Shown here: positions 10,440-19,947 of the stretch, piece by piece
How positions within the stretch are numbered: the first letter of the stretch is position 1
Layout of the letters: every line of letters starts with the position of its first letter
From: Tidjanibacter sp.
GTDB lineage: Bacteria; Bacteroidota; Bacteroidia; Bacteroidales; Rikenellaceae
Reading direction: 5' to 3'
DNA: 64,000 bases
Assembly (NCBI GenBank): GCA_045659085.1
Contig: JAZOWE010000006.1
Coordinates: forward strand, 47,320-111,319
Notes under the pieces: model-generated
What the model saw: the letters and a program-made list of their open reading frames with translations, nothing else
Database searches by the model: none
What the model was told of the DNA's origin: nothing
Program-made: the position numbers and the translations under genes

Positions 10440-10922
10440 TTAATCAATATAGTGGCACGAGGGGCTACCGTCTGTCGAGCATAGAGTCACCGAGAGAGAG
10501 GTTCGTTGCTCCTTGCTGCTGCCACTGTCGAGCCTAACCTCCGAGAGCCTTAGCGGATAGTCGGTAGCGGCAAGCGCGGAGTAGCCAACAAGCAGTTTCT
10601 CGCCACCGTGCAGTCCCACAACCGCCACCATACCCTCTTGCGAGAGCCTTCGAAGCTCCTCCACAACACCGTCCTGCAAGCCGCGCAGTGCAAATCGTAG
10701 TTTGTGGTGGGTGGTACCGTCGGGCTCCACAACCTCTTCCAGCCAGGCGCTCCCCTCGGCAAAAGCAACATCACAAAACCCGCACCCGTCGATGGGCAGT
10801 AGCGAGCTAAAACACCTCTCGGCGGAGTCGTACGACAGCGAGCCTATCTCGGATGCCGACAGCAGCCTGATGGAGCTTAACCCTCCGAGGTGTTTGGCGC
10901 AAGAGATAGAACCCAAAGTCAT
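10440..10922 (-). CDS. putative tail tube (major tail) protein
   Basis: 160 aa, beta-rich; N-terminal CAKHLGGLSSIRLL resembles the C-x3-GG(I/L) motif of Bacteroidetes phage tube proteins; follows the capsid gene. Confidence 0.45.
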   Translation of the reverse strand: MTLGSISCAKHLGGLSSIRLLSASEIGSLSYDSAERCFSSLLPIDGCGFCDVAFAEGSAWLEEVVEPDGTTHHKLRFALRGLQDGVVEELRRLSQEGMVAVVGLHGGEKLLVGYSALAATDYPLRLSEVRLDSGSSKEQRTSLSVTLCSTDGSPSCHYID

Positions 10923-10923
10923 A

Positions 10924-12189
10924 CTACTTCAAGTTTTTGATTACAAACTCGCCACCATAGTAACTGCGCAGGATGATGTCATAGCTTGCGACATCTCCGC
11001 TGTCGTGACTATAATATGCGTTGTCTTCGTCATAGTCCATCACCATCTTCTCGGCAATCAACTCGCCCGATGCATCATAGAGGTTGACTTGCACATCTGT
11101 CACCCACAAAGTGCCGTCGCTCAAACCAGGGATATAGGTATTCACAACCCACTCATCCTCATTTACTTCGGTTTGGATTTTTGTGATATTCAGGCCGAGA
11201 GCGACGGTTACCAACTCGGGGAAGAGGAAGTCGCAACCGGCCATAAAGATAGCCCTCTGACGGTTCTCCATAACATCGGGGTTGTACCACATACGCACCT
11301 CGGTACCAGGGAAGTCGTTGGTATTGACGGCAAGTGCGAGATTGCGACGGTCGGTGAGGAAGGCGAACGATTTGGGCATATCGTAGACCTCGTCGGTCGC
11401 ATAGTTGTTCAATCGGAGGTCAATGACGGGAATACCGCGATAGTAGAGTCCCTCGCGACCACTCTGTTTTGCGAGATATGCCGCCTCAATAGCCACACCG
11501 TCGAGTTCCTCCTCGTAGGCGTTGTAGACATCGGTGCTGACAAAGAATGCCAGCTGGCCCTCGGAACGCTGCGCACGCAGGGTGTCGGTGGAGCTGTCCC
11601 AAAGCTGTTTCAGGAGAGCCTCTGCCCATCCCTCTTTGCTGTTGGGAACATAGGCCAGACGCACCATTGCATTCTCGCCCGTTGTGGGATCCTCATTCTC
11701 GTCGTGCTCCATAAATCGTTTGATGAAGCCGTCGAAGGTGGCAAGGGCCTCCGTATCACGCTCGGTATTGCCGAGCCACATTGTTGCGCGGATACTCTCG
11801 GCAATGGATGCGCGGAAGAGGTTGGTTTCGGCCTCTTCGAGCTCGGTACCCGAGAGGTCCTCGAAGTTTACATCCGAACGCGAGGCAATCATCTCGAAGA
11901 CTGTCGAGAAGTAGTCCTCGGCGGAGTATGCCATCTCGGCCTTCACTTTGTGCATCTGGATGGTTTTCTGCAATTTGGTTGCAGGCTCGCCACCACTCCA
12001 ACCGCTCGAAGTGTATTTGCGCAAAATATCGCCATTGCGCTTCCAGAAATGGAGGGTTGTGGGTACGGGGGTGTTGTACATCACCTTAATACCGAGCTGC
12101 TCGGCATTCTCGCCGGTGAGCATGGGGCGGAAAAAGATAGTGTCGAGATTTTGACCTTCGTAGGACTTGATTTGTTCGATTTTGCTCAT
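10924..12189 (-). CDS. putative major capsid protein with C-terminal extension
   Basis: 421 aa, directly downstream of the head protease; HK97-like pattern (FVSTDVYNAYEEEL, YYRGIPV). Confidence 0.7.
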   Translation of the reverse strand: MSKIEQIKSYEGQNLDTIFFRPMLTGENAEQLGIKVMYNTPVPTTLHFWKRNGDILRKYTSSGWSGGEPATKLQKTIQMHKVKAEMAYSAEDYFSTVFEMIASRSDVNFEDLSGTELEEAETNLFRASIAESIRATMWLGNTERDTEALATFDGFIKRFMEHDENEDPTTGENAMVRLAYVPNSKEGWAEALLKQLWDSSTDTLRAQRSEGQLAFFVSTDVYNAYEEELDGVAIEAAYLAKQSGREGLYYRGIPVIDLRLNNYATDEVYDMPKSFAFLTDRRNLALAVNTNDFPGTEVRMWYNPDVMENRQRAIFMAGCDFLFPELVTVALGLNITKIQTEVNEDEWVVNTYIPGLSDGTLWVTDVQVNLYDASGELIAEKMVMDYDEDNAYYSHDSGDVASYDIILRSYYGGEFVIKNLK

Positions 12190-12253
12190 AGTTTTGTTGG
12201 TTTTTGTTGGTTATAAAATAGTTTTGTTGGGGTACTTTTTTTTTGGGGGGGGA

Positions 12254-13216
12254 TTATTTACCACCTCTTGCAAAGGCCGCACGCATTCCCTCCACATCTG
12301 CCATATAGGCACTCTCGTTGGATGTTGCAGCCACCAGACCGCTTGGTGCAGGGTCTTCACACTCTTTGGTGAGCGTTGGTCGTGCGGTGTGAAGTCGCGA
12401 GGGTGGAACGGGTGGCGCTCCGAGCTCTTTTTTGTCGGCATAGGAGGGCTCGGCAATTGTTGTGGTGCTTACCACCTTGCTTTCGGCTGCCACATCTACA
12501 CCCCTGCCGATACGCGAGAGTACCCTATTCCACGCCTCTGCCAGACGCTCCCCGAGGGGTTTTGCGGGGAGTGGTGTCAGACCGAGAGCCTCCACCTGCG
12601 AGCGAGCATCGTCGGTAATTGGCGATGAGGCGATAATCCTATCGGCCAACCCTGCTGCCACACACTCCTCGGGCGAGAGCCACACTCCTTTGCCACTATT
12701 GCGATTCATAAGTGCCCTGAACTCCTCTGCCGAGCGCCCCGAAGCGAGCGCATAAATCTCTGCCAAACGCTCATCGCTCTTATCAAGAAGCTCTTTGGTT
12801 GCCAACAGCGAGTGGGTGTTACCCTCCACAGTACTCTCGCAACAGTGGATAAGATAGAGCGCATTTGCCGACACCTCGCGAGCCCCTGCCGAGGCTGCCT
12901 GTGCAATGATTGTTGCAGCCGATGCGACATAACCGTAGCAACGGGTTACCACCTCCACCCCGAGCGAGCGTGCAGCGTCGTAGATGAGCAGAGCGTCGGC
13001 CAGACAGCCGCCCGTCGAGCGGATGTTGAGCACCAGGCGGTCAATCTTTCCCTCGGCACGAATCTCGTCGAGGGCCTTTTCAAATTGCTCGTAGGTCGAA
13101 ACCCTGCCCTCGGCAGCCTCGCCAAATTGCTCCTCTTCGGGCACCCCCAGCACCCCATCAATATCAATTGTGGCGATGCGTAGTGAGGAGTCTCTTTTTC
13201 GTTTATTTTCTTCCAT
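12254..13216 (-). CDS. ClpP-type prohead maturation protease with C-terminal scaffold-like tail
   Basis: NIRSTGG, VASAATII (catalytic Ser) and LIHC (His) ClpP motifs. Confidence 0.85.
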   Translation of the reverse strand: MEENKRKRDSSLRIATIDIDGVLGVPEEEQFGEAAEGRVSTYEQFEKALDEIRAEGKIDRLVLNIRSTGGCLADALLIYDAARSLGVEVVTRCYGYVASAATIIAQAASAGAREVSANALYLIHCCESTVEGNTHSLLATKELLDKSDERLAEIYALASGRSAEEFRALMNRNSGKGVWLSPEECVAAGLADRIIASSPITDDARSQVEALGLTPLPAKPLGERLAEAWNRVLSRIGRGVDVAAESKVVSTTTIAEPSYADKKELGAPPVPPSRLHTARPTLTKECEDPAPSGLVAATSNESAYMADVEGMRAAFARGGK

Positions 13217-13227
13217 AAGTCATTGGT

Positions 13228-13494
13228 TTACTTTGCGTTGTAATAGATATAGTTACTGATTGTTGCGGGCGAGCAGTTCATAGTCACTGCCACACTCTCC
13301 ATTGCGTCCATCTTGGTCATCCCTTCGGCCTGACGCTGAGCCACCATCTTTCGCGCCAAAAAAGCCTTGCAACGAGCCTCCGACAAGAGCCCACACTCGA
13401 AGAGGTGTTCGATAGTGCGACTCGACGACATCCCGCGACACTCTCGGAGCAGCAGTTCTTCGACCGCCACAATATTTTTATCTCTGTGTTTCAT
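13228..13494 (-). CDS. small protein with a putative C-terminal HTH
   Basis: KMDAMESVAVTMNCSPATISNYIY fits a helix-turn-helix pattern. Confidence 0.5.
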   Translation of the reverse strand: MKHRDKNIVAVEELLLRECRGMSSSRTIEHLFECGLLSEARCKAFLARKMVAQRQAEGMTKMDAMESVAVTMNCSPATISNYIYYNAK

Positions 13495-13521
13495 CTTGTT
13501 TACACTCTTTTTTGTAGTTTG

Positions 13522-15894
13522 TTAAATTGTCACAAATAGTGCTTTGGTCGAGGACTCGGCGGGGTTATAGTCGCAAATCTCCTCCAATCGGCAGAGCACC
13601 TCCTCGCCCTCCACTCGGAGCCTATACACCGCCCCAAAGCCACGCTCTCGGTTTGCAGGGTTGGCAAGTGCCTCAATCTGCTCGGGTGCAAGATGCAGGT
13701 GGAGTGTCAGTCGACGCGAGTGGTTGAGCCCCGCAAGATAGCCATCCCACCACCTGTGCAGCCCCTCAACACCGTCCCTATCCTCAATGAGCAACGAGCA
13801 GGGCTCGCCCGCCAGGGAGCCATCGTCGAAGAATGTCAGCAGAGGATACTCTCCACCGTCGGCAGTGGTCGGATAACTCCACCTCTGGTCACTTGGTAGC
13901 GAGCGCACACCCCTGAACGCTACCAACTTGGCGGGAAAATTAAGGTTTTCCACGCAGCCACTCCCCGAACCGTTGGCCGCCACAATGAGGTGGGCCGACG
14001 GGGCCTCCGCCACCACTCCGCTTTTCGACAGCGAGGCCGTAAAAAGGTTGTTGACAAGGCTCCTTTCTCCCTCCGAGGCAAAGATGTTGAGCAGGTCGGC
14101 TCGCCACTCGCCATACCTTATGCCCGACACTTTGCCATACTCATCCACCGCCACATCGCCCGTTCGATAGGCCAATCTGAGAGAACGAGGGTGTCCCAAT
14201 CCGACCTCTTCAACCACCACGGGCTCCGAGGGGTCTATGAGTTCCGACCAATCCACCACCCTGTCACTCCAAAATTCACAGCGGGGCTCCACAAAGACCA
14301 CTTGCGAGGTGTTGTCCGTCACAATTTGCAAATCGAAGAGCTCTTGGAGCGCGACAATAAGGTCCATACCCGTCTGCGGAATGTCGGCCACATCTCTCCA
14401 CGCGAGAGTACTTCCAATGGTCGGATGGGGATAGAGTACGGGGCGGATACTGCTACCGGCAAGCAGTTCCATCTCCATTCCCTCCTCGCCGCCACCAAAG
14501 AGGAATTGGTTGAAATAGACGGGCGACGAGGGCGAACACTTGGCAGCCTTGGAGCGCACTCTCGCCTCCAACTCCATAGTGCCATACTCCTGCACATAGC
14601 CGTCATAAACGGCCCAATCCCCCATATACGAGAATACATTGCCCTCGTAAACCATCTCCACCCTCATATTGCAGAGCCTACCCTCGTGGTTGTTTGTGAA
14701 GTGGTCGAAGCGTGCAGTGGTTGAGAGCAACACCCTCGACACCGTATCGCCGGGGGCGAGATTGTCGGGGTTGGCCGTCGGATTGACAATCTCGTCTGCC
14801 ACCAAGCGATAGGTTGTTCCCTCGGCGGCGTCGAACACCACAAAGGCATACTCTCCACCCTCAACCACCTGCTCGGCAGAGAGTGCGACGAAGTTGTTTT
14901 TCAGAGGAATCTTTACCTTGTCGCCCACGCCAAGGGTTATCTCCGAGAGTCCCACGAGTTCGGTGCGGCTCTTGATGCGGAACTGTGTGCGCCAGCGCAG
15001 GTGGTAGTCAAAGGCCGCCATAAGGGTTGTTGTGGGGGTAAAGCGGATACACCCTGTGCTCTCGTCCAACCCGAAGCACTCCTCGTAGGGCAGGCCATCG
15101 AGCTTACTGATGGGCACATCCACAAGGTTTCCCACCGTGTGGTAATTTTTCAGCGGGCTGGCAAACACTCTGCCGCCGTAGTCGGCTTGAACTACGGGCG
15201 AGTCCTCGTTGCGAGAGGCCAAAAAGTTCATTGTCGAGTGCCAACTACCATACCCCCTTTCGCTCCACCTGCCACTCATATAGAGAGATTGGAAAAAATC
15301 GGAGTCGAGAAATTCGGACTCAATGGCATAGCCTGCCTTGGCAAAAATCGCCCCAAGGAGTGAGCCCAGATGGATGAAGGGGTGGTAGTTTTCGGGCAGG
15401 ATGCGCCCCACATAGTTCTCTTGTCCCTCGCCCGTACCGCGCCACACGGGCAGAAACCGCACAATTGCACCCTCGGACTTCCAACTATCCTCAATAGTTT
15501 CGGGTGTAAACTCACCTCTCCACTCCTCCATCATTGAGGCTATGGCCACATCGGCACACTTGCGCCAACTGCACCCCTCGCCCACAATGTTGAAACGATA
15601 GTATCCACCCTCGCCCGTCATCGAAGCGGTGAGTCGCAGCATACCCTCCAACACCACACATCCGCAGACCTCCACACGAGCCGTGTGGGGCGTATGGTTG
15701 AACATCACTGCCGAGGCTGGGTGGTCGCAATGCTCCATAAGACGCCTATTGAGGTGTGTGGCAGGGATGGTTATACTCTTCGATAGGCGGTTGGCCGACG
15801 AGGTGGAGGTTTGCGAGGCGAGCGAGAGCGATATGGAGAGAGATGTCGAGGAGTCCATATCGGCCCTCTGGTTGTCAATATAAAGTCGTATCAT
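13522..15894 (-). CDS. putative phage tail-tip/baseplate hub protein
   Basis: 790 aa; N-terminal IRLYIDNQRADM...SKSITIPAT..N resembles Bacteroidetes siphovirus tail proteins. Confidence 0.6.
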   Translation of the reverse strand: MIRLYIDNQRADMDSSTSLSISLSLASQTSTSSANRLSKSITIPATHLNRRLMEHCDHPASAVMFNHTPHTARVEVCGCVVLEGMLRLTASMTGEGGYYRFNIVGEGCSWRKCADVAIASMMEEWRGEFTPETIEDSWKSEGAIVRFLPVWRGTGEGQENYVGRILPENYHPFIHLGSLLGAIFAKAGYAIESEFLDSDFFQSLYMSGRWSERGYGSWHSTMNFLASRNEDSPVVQADYGGRVFASPLKNYHTVGNLVDVPISKLDGLPYEECFGLDESTGCIRFTPTTTLMAAFDYHLRWRTQFRIKSRTELVGLSEITLGVGDKVKIPLKNNFVALSAEQVVEGGEYAFVVFDAAEGTTYRLVADEIVNPTANPDNLAPGDTVSRVLLSTTARFDHFTNNHEGRLCNMRVEMVYEGNVFSYMGDWAVYDGYVQEYGTMELEARVRSKAAKCSPSSPVYFNQFLFGGGEEGMEMELLAGSSIRPVLYPHPTIGSTLAWRDVADIPQTGMDLIVALQELFDLQIVTDNTSQVVFVEPRCEFWSDRVVDWSELIDPSEPVVVEEVGLGHPRSLRLAYRTGDVAVDEYGKVSGIRYGEWRADLLNIFASEGERSLVNNLFTASLSKSGVVAEAPSAHLIVAANGSGSGCVENLNFPAKLVAFRGVRSLPSDQRWSYPTTADGGEYPLLTFFDDGSLAGEPCSLLIEDRDGVEGLHRWWDGYLAGLNHSRRLTLHLHLAPEQIEALANPANRERGFGAVYRLRVEGEEVLCRLEEICDYNPAESSTKALFVTI

Positions 15895-15914
15895 AGTGGT
15901 TGATGTGTGTTTTT

Positions 15915-16886
15915 TTACAAGTTGAACGAGGTCTTCTCTTGGGGGCAGATGGTAAGGCTCACGCGCTCGGGCCGAGCGACTCCACGCAACACATTGTGGC
16001 CAACAATGCTTTGGGGTTCAAACTCTCCGTTCACGAGCCTCCAAACAAGGGGGGAGGCGACAATTTCGGAGAGCGTGCGAGCCTCGCGGATGGAGAGCAC
16101 TCCGCTGTCGAGTTCCACCTCTTCCCAACTCTCCACCGCAACACCTTCCCTACGCGAGGCGAGAAGTCTGTGCGATGTAGGGCGAGGGAATGTGTGGTAG
16201 CGAATGGAGCCGTCGGCACTGAGCCACGCCAACCTCACACCGCCCTCCACAGGCGGCACTACTCGGTAGTGGATACGAACACACTCCACCGCCCCGCTGC
16301 GCACCACCACTTCAAACTCCGTAGCCCCTTGGGGTGCAGAACTGTGGAGGAGAATGTGGTTGGCATTGAAACACAGCGCCACAATGCCTTTGTGCTTGTT
16401 GATCTGTTTGGCAAGCGGAACAGATACCCCATTTGCAAAAATTGCCAAAGCAATAACCGTAGTGTTGGGAGCAACACATAGTGCCACCTCGTCGCACTCG
16501 CCGACCGAAATGGTGCGCCACTCCTCGCTGCTGCCGAGTGGCGTATCGACCGCAAGAGCCTTGTGGGAGCAGGTAAAGAGCACTTCGGGGGTGCGCTCCG
16601 AGTTGTTGTTGTAGCCCACCGAGAGAGCGGCCTCCCTGCCCGAGAGCACAGCAAACCTACAACCCTCAACAAGAGGAGCGGGATGGGGATTGAGCTGCGA
16701 GAGCACAAAGGCTTTGGGCGAGGTGGCAATACTCTCGCGCCCCACATAGCGACGCACCCCCAGCAGATTACTCTCCCCGTCATAGAAGTGCAATTCGCAA
16801 GGCCGAGAGGTGTCGACCTCGTCGAACTCAAATAGATTATCATCGTGAGCCGACGCATAGTCGGCAGGATAGTTGGCCAATTTCAT
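15915..16886 (-). CDS. putative phage distal-tail-like protein
   Basis: 323 aa; VRLAWLSADGSIRYHTF resembles the W-x-N-x2-G-x2-D-x3-F motif seen upstream of hub genes. Confidence 0.45.
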   Translation of the reverse strand: MKLANYPADYASAHDDNLFEFDEVDTSRPCELHFYDGESNLLGVRRYVGRESIATSPKAFVLSQLNPHPAPLVEGCRFAVLSGREAALSVGYNNNSERTPEVLFTCSHKALAVDTPLGSSEEWRTISVGECDEVALCVAPNTTVIALAIFANGVSVPLAKQINKHKGIVALCFNANHILLHSSAPQGATEFEVVVRSGAVECVRIHYRVVPPVEGGVRLAWLSADGSIRYHTFPRPTSHRLLASRREGVAVESWEEVELDSGVLSIREARTLSEIVASPLVWRLVNGEFEPQSIVGHNVLRGVARPERVSLTICPQEKTSFNL

Positions 16887-16893
16887 AATTCAA

Positions 16894-17328
16894 TTACTTA
16901 ACTTGGGTTAAACACTCAAAACTCTCCACATCGGCACTCAGAGCCACCGCCACCTCGCCCGCAAGCGTCAGCACCTCACCCACGGGAGCAATCTCTCCGA
17001 TGGTGACACTAAAAATGTGGGGCATCTCCGACAGACGGGCACAAAACCTCTCGGCATCGGATGCAAGTGTGGCGATGGATGCCGCACGCGCCTCGTCGCT
17101 CAACTCATTTTTATTCAAAAACTTAACAGACAGAGCGCACATCACTTTGCGTTCCCTCTCGCCCTCAATGGAGCGCACCTTGGGGTGGTCTATAACAGCA
17201 ATCGGGAAACCCTCGTGTCGGAGAGTTCTGTGGAGATTTTCGGGGAGCGAGGGGTGGTAGCCCAACTCGGCAGCAAGGCTCTTTGCCGCCTCCCAAACAG
17301 CTTGGTAATTCATAGGCATAGTGTTCAA
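16894..17328 (-). CDS. hypothetical protein, first gene of the phage-like operon (tail completion-like?)
   Basis: 144 aa, alpha/beta pattern; assignment from position only. Confidence 0.4.
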   Translation of the reverse strand: MNTMPMNYQAVWEAAKSLAAELGYHPSLPENLHRTLRHEGFPIAVIDHPKVRSIEGERERKVMCALSVKFLNKNELSDEARAASIATLASDAERFCARLSEMPHIFSVTIGEIAPVGEVLTLAGEVAVALSADVESFECLTQVK

Positions 17329-17358
17329 TTTTGTGGTTATTTTAGTTCAATTTCTGAA

Positions 17359-17390
17359 CAAAGGTAATACAACAAAATCCGTTTGTCAAT
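17359..17390 (-). promoter_or_regulatory. host sigmaA-type promoter of the phage-like operon
   Basis: TACCTTTG (17359-17366) with (A)TTG 20 nt upstream on -; ACAAA-N5-TTTGT palindrome in the spacer. Confidence 0.65.
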
Positions 17391-17604
17391 ACCATTTTTT
17401 TATAAATTCCGATTTTTATTTCCATTCCCACGCCCAACTATCACACTCTCAGTAATATATTTTTGAAATTTTTTGGGGGCATTTGGGACAAATAGACAAA
17501 TAAATAACACACGCGCGCAAGGAAAAACGGAAAAAAATCTCTATCTTGCGAGAGATATAACTTCCGCACAACTATTCACTAACAATAAAACCATTTTTCT
17601 ACTT

Positions 17605-19941
17605 ATGAAAATCGCAAAACTTACAACCCTTTTGGCAGCCGCTACACTGCTTGGCAGTTGCTGTGGTTCGGAGAGGCAGGCTATCCCCACCGACAAAGAT
17701 GTTGAGCGTCGTGTGGAGGAGATTCTCTCCAAGATGACTCTCGAAGAGAAGGTTGGACAGATGGCAGAGATCGCCATTGACCTTGTAGTAAACCACTCGC
17801 AGAACGAGAAAGGCGAGTATTGGGCTGTTGCCAACGAGGAGAATTTGGACAAAATTATGAGCACCTACAAGGTTGGCTCCGTGCTCAACGCCCCCGGCAA
17901 AGCACTGACCGCCGAGAATTGGAACGGCCTCATTGAGAAGATTAACGCTTCGTCTATTGAGCACACAGGCATTCCCACTCTCTATGGCATCGACGCAATT
18001 CACGGCACAACCTACACTTGGGGTGCAACGCTCTTCCCACAGGAGGTGAATGCCGCAGCCTCATTCAACCGCGCCCTCACACGCCGCATGGCAGAGATGA
18101 CCGCCTATGAGGTTAGGGCAAGCAACATTCCTTGGACATACTCCCCCACCCTCGACCTTGGTCGTCGCCACGCTTGGCCCCGTTGCTGGGAGTCGTTCAG
18201 CGAGGATGCATATCTGACTGCCGAACTCGGCAAGGAGATGGTGTTGGGCTATCAGGGTGCCGACCCCAACCACATTGACGCACAACATATTGCCGCTTGC
18301 CCCAAACACTTTGTGGCATACGGTATGACCAACTCGGGACAAGACCGCACACCCGCCTATGTGTCCATTGCCGAGCTCAAAGAGAAACATTTTGCACCCT
18401 TCAAAGCAGCCGTAGAGGCAGGTGCACTCTCCATTATGGCCAACTCTGCATCGATTAATGGTGTTCCCACCCACGCCGACTACGAACTTATGACCGAGTG
18501 GCTCAAAGAGGGCCTCGGATGGGATGGTGTTATCGTTTCGGACTGGGCAGATGTTCCCAACCTCTACCAGAGGGAGAGGGTTGCCGTTGACTACAAAGAC
18601 GCCATCGTTAAGGCCGTCAATGCGGGTATGGATATGGCAATGATTCCCTACGATTTGCGATTCTGCACCTACTTGGTGGAGGCCGTGAACGAGGGCCTTG
18701 TAAGCCGCGAGCGTATCGACGACGCCGCACGCCGCATCATCCGTATGAAGGTTCGTTTGGGCCTTATTGACACACCCAACACCTATGTCAAAGACTACCC
18801 CGAGTTTCAGGGCGAGGCTATCCGCGAAGCTGCATACGAGGCCGCTTGCGAGTCCATCACTCTCTTGAAGAACAAGGACAACATTCTTCCCCTCAAAAAA
18901 GGTGCTAAGGTGCTTGTTGCAGGCCCCAATGCCGACAAGATGCGCCCCTTGTGCGGAGGTTGGAGTTTCTCGTGGCAGGGCGACATTGTGGACCAAGTGT
19001 TGCCCAATGGCGTAACCATCCTCGACGCTATCCGCGCAAAGGCCGGCAAGAACAATGTGAAGTATGTTGCAGGTGTTGAGTATGCCGACAAGGGTTCCTA
19101 TGCTGCCGAGAAGAATGTAAACATCGACGCTGCCGTTCGTGCTGCCCGCGGTGTGGACTACATCATCCTCTGCCTTGGCGAGAACAGCTACTGCGAAACC
19201 CCTGGCAACTTGCAGGAGATGACCCTTTCGGAGAACCAGACAAAACTTGCAAAAGCCCTCATCGCTACGGGCAAACCCGTGGTTCTTGTGCTGAACGAGG
19301 GCCGCAACCGCATCATCAGGGAGTTTGTGGATGGTGTTGATGCCGTTCTCCACACCTACCTCCCCGGCACCGAGGGCGGCAGGGCTTTGGCCTCGATCCT
19401 CTATGGCGATGTCAACCCCAGCGGAAAACTGCCCCACTCCTACCCCAAATACTCCAACGCTATGACCACCTACGACCACAAGGTTTCGGAGAGCGTTGGC
19501 ACTATGGATGGCGCCTATGACTACAACGCTGTGGTAAGCCTCCAATGGGCATTTGGCTACGGCTTGTCGTACACCACCTTTGAGTATAGCAACTTGCAGA
19601 TTCTCTCGGGCGCGGATTTCAAGGCCGGCGACACCATCCGCATCAGCATCGATGTCACCAATACTGGCAAACGCGCAGGTAAGGAGAGTGTACTGCTGTT
19701 CGTGAACGACGATGTTGCTTCGATTATCCCCGATGCACGCCGCCTGAGAGATTTCGACAAGATTGAACTTGCAGCAGGCCAGACCAAGACCGTAACATTT
19801 GAGCTCGCTGCCGAGGAGCTGGCATTTGCCAAGAACGACGCTAATTGGTACCTCGAAACGGGCACCTATACCGTTCAGTGTGGCAACCAAACCGCCAAAC
19901 TCAACTGTACCGAAGACGCATCACTCGGTGCACATATCTAA
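17605..19941 (+). CDS. GH3 beta-glucosidase, lipoprotein
   Basis: Lipobox LGSC; DAIHG, CPKHF, VIVSDW (catalytic Asp), GEGRNR and an Fn3-like C-terminus. Confidence 0.93.
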   Translation: MKIAKLTTLLAAATLLGSCCGSERQAIPTDKDVERRVEEILSKMTLEEKVGQMAEIAIDLVVNHSQNEKGEYWAVANEENLDKIMSTYKVGSVLNAPGKALTAENWNGLIEKINASSIEHTGIPTLYGIDAIHGTTYTWGATLFPQEVNAAASFNRALTRRMAEMTAYEVRASNIPWTYSPTLDLGRRHAWPRCWESFSEDAYLTAELGKEMVLGYQGADPNHIDAQHIAACPKHFVAYGMTNSGQDRTPAYVSIAELKEKHFAPFKAAVEAGALSIMANSASINGVPTHADYELMTEWLKEGLGWDGVIVSDWADVPNLYQRERVAVDYKDAIVKAVNAGMDMAMIPYDLRFCTYLVEAVNEGLVSRERIDDAARRIIRMKVRLGLIDTPNTYVKDYPEFQGEAIREAAYEAACESITLLKNKDNILPLKKGAKVLVAGPNADKMRPLCGGWSFSWQGDIVDQVLPNGVTILDAIRAKAGKNNVKYVAGVEYADKGSYAAEKNVNIDAAVRAARGVDYIILCLGENSYCETPGNLQEMTLSENQTKLAKALIATGKPVVLVLNEGRNRIIREFVDGVDAVLHTYLPGTEGGRALASILYGDVNPSGKLPHSYPKYSNAMTTYDHKVSESVGTMDGAYDYNAVVSLQWAFGYGLSYTTFEYSNLQILSGADFKAGDTIRISIDVTNTGKRAGKESVLLFVNDDVASIIPDARRLRDFDKIELAAGQTKTVTFELAAEELAFAKNDANWYLETGTYTVQCGNQTAKLNCTEDASLGAHI

Positions 19942-19947
19942 AACAAG

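Noticed and set aside
12236-12250. T10-G7 homopolymer run between the protease and capsid genes as a phase-variation or frameshift site
   Set aside because: It is intergenic or at the protease C-terminus and both ORFs are intact; untestable without read data.
8163-17328. Intact inducible prophage
   Set aside because: No integrase, att sites, immunity, replication, terminase or endolysin genes are visible, and the block is only about 9 kb. A degenerate prophage cannot be fully excluded.
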